DNA of 63,962 nt, counting the filler, from Octopus bimaculoides (Eukaryota), in the NCBI RefSeq assembly GCF_001194135.2. It is 6 parts of 4 records of this genome, joined end to end, with 100 filler letters (N's around TTAATTAATTAA, not from the genome) between each part and the next. Parts side by side here need not be neighbours in the genome. Positions count along the whole stretch, not along the records: positions 62,938 to 63,962 come from NC_068983.1; 5 more parts are not named here. One strand, written 5' to 3'. The notes under the pieces were generated by a model. That model was not told the origin of the DNA, searched no databases, and saw nothing but the letters and a program-made list of their open reading frames with translations. This document shows, piece after piece, positions 63,715-63,962 of this stretch. Each line of letters starts with the position of its first letter. Within the stretch, counting starts at the first letter, position 1. A program made the position numbers and the translations under genes.

Positions 63715-63962
63715 ATACGAAAAAACAACAACAGACGAGGACAGGTGGTGTAAATAACAAAAGGATGTATTAGTATGACGCTCGGGAATACGGAAAGTCT
63801 TTGACGTTTCGAGCTACGCTCTTCAACAGAAAGAATACGGAGACAAGGAGAAAAACACGGAGAAAAAAAATTGAATAGTGTCCAGTCAACGGTCAATCAT
63901 AATAATGGCTGATCATAACAATGGCTGACCGGAAGTTAGAAATTCTTTTTTCAGGAGAGCTA
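63715..63962 (-). mobile_element. Penelope-type terminal repeat with hammerhead-like motif
   Basis: Shares sequence with 21449-21494, which adjoins a PLE ORF. The minus strand reads TCTTT-CTGTTGAA-GAGC-GTA-GCTC-GAAACGTC-AAAGA. Confidence 0.55.

Overview
AT-rich, microsatellite-dense animal DNA from a gapped draft assembly. The SINE families and repeat density suggest a coleoid cephalopod (Octopus-like); this is inference. Two host-gene signals are supported. (1) An intronless 588-aa ORF (51010-52776, +) encodes a bacterial-type/PLCXD PI-PLC X-domain enzyme with a putative signal peptide, both catalytic His motifs, and an unusual two-helix hydrophobic hairpin inserted inside the catalytic barrel. 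(2) A phase-1/phase-1 internal exon (8422-8739, -) encodes a Sushi/CCP domain. The rest is mostly transposon debris: Tc1/mariner, Ty3/Gypsy (one with both LTRs, PBS and 5-bp TSD), RTE, R4/Dong-like, HERO-like, Penelope-like elements with hammerhead-ribozyme motifs, a Helitron-like element and several tRNA-SINE families. The most striking structure is 10256-16210. There, one tRNA-derived SINE is split at its anticodon-arm equivalent by two diverged, ~2.1-kb, ORF1-only (no RT) elements in tandem, each bounded by the duplicated target (AAGAAGC)TTGCTTCC. The same SINE is split again by a Penelope fragment. This suggests a SINE/tRNA-targeting non-autonomous retroelement family. All assignments come from motif recognition by eye; no searches were run. 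Interspersed-repeat boundaries are approximate unless a junction sequence is given.
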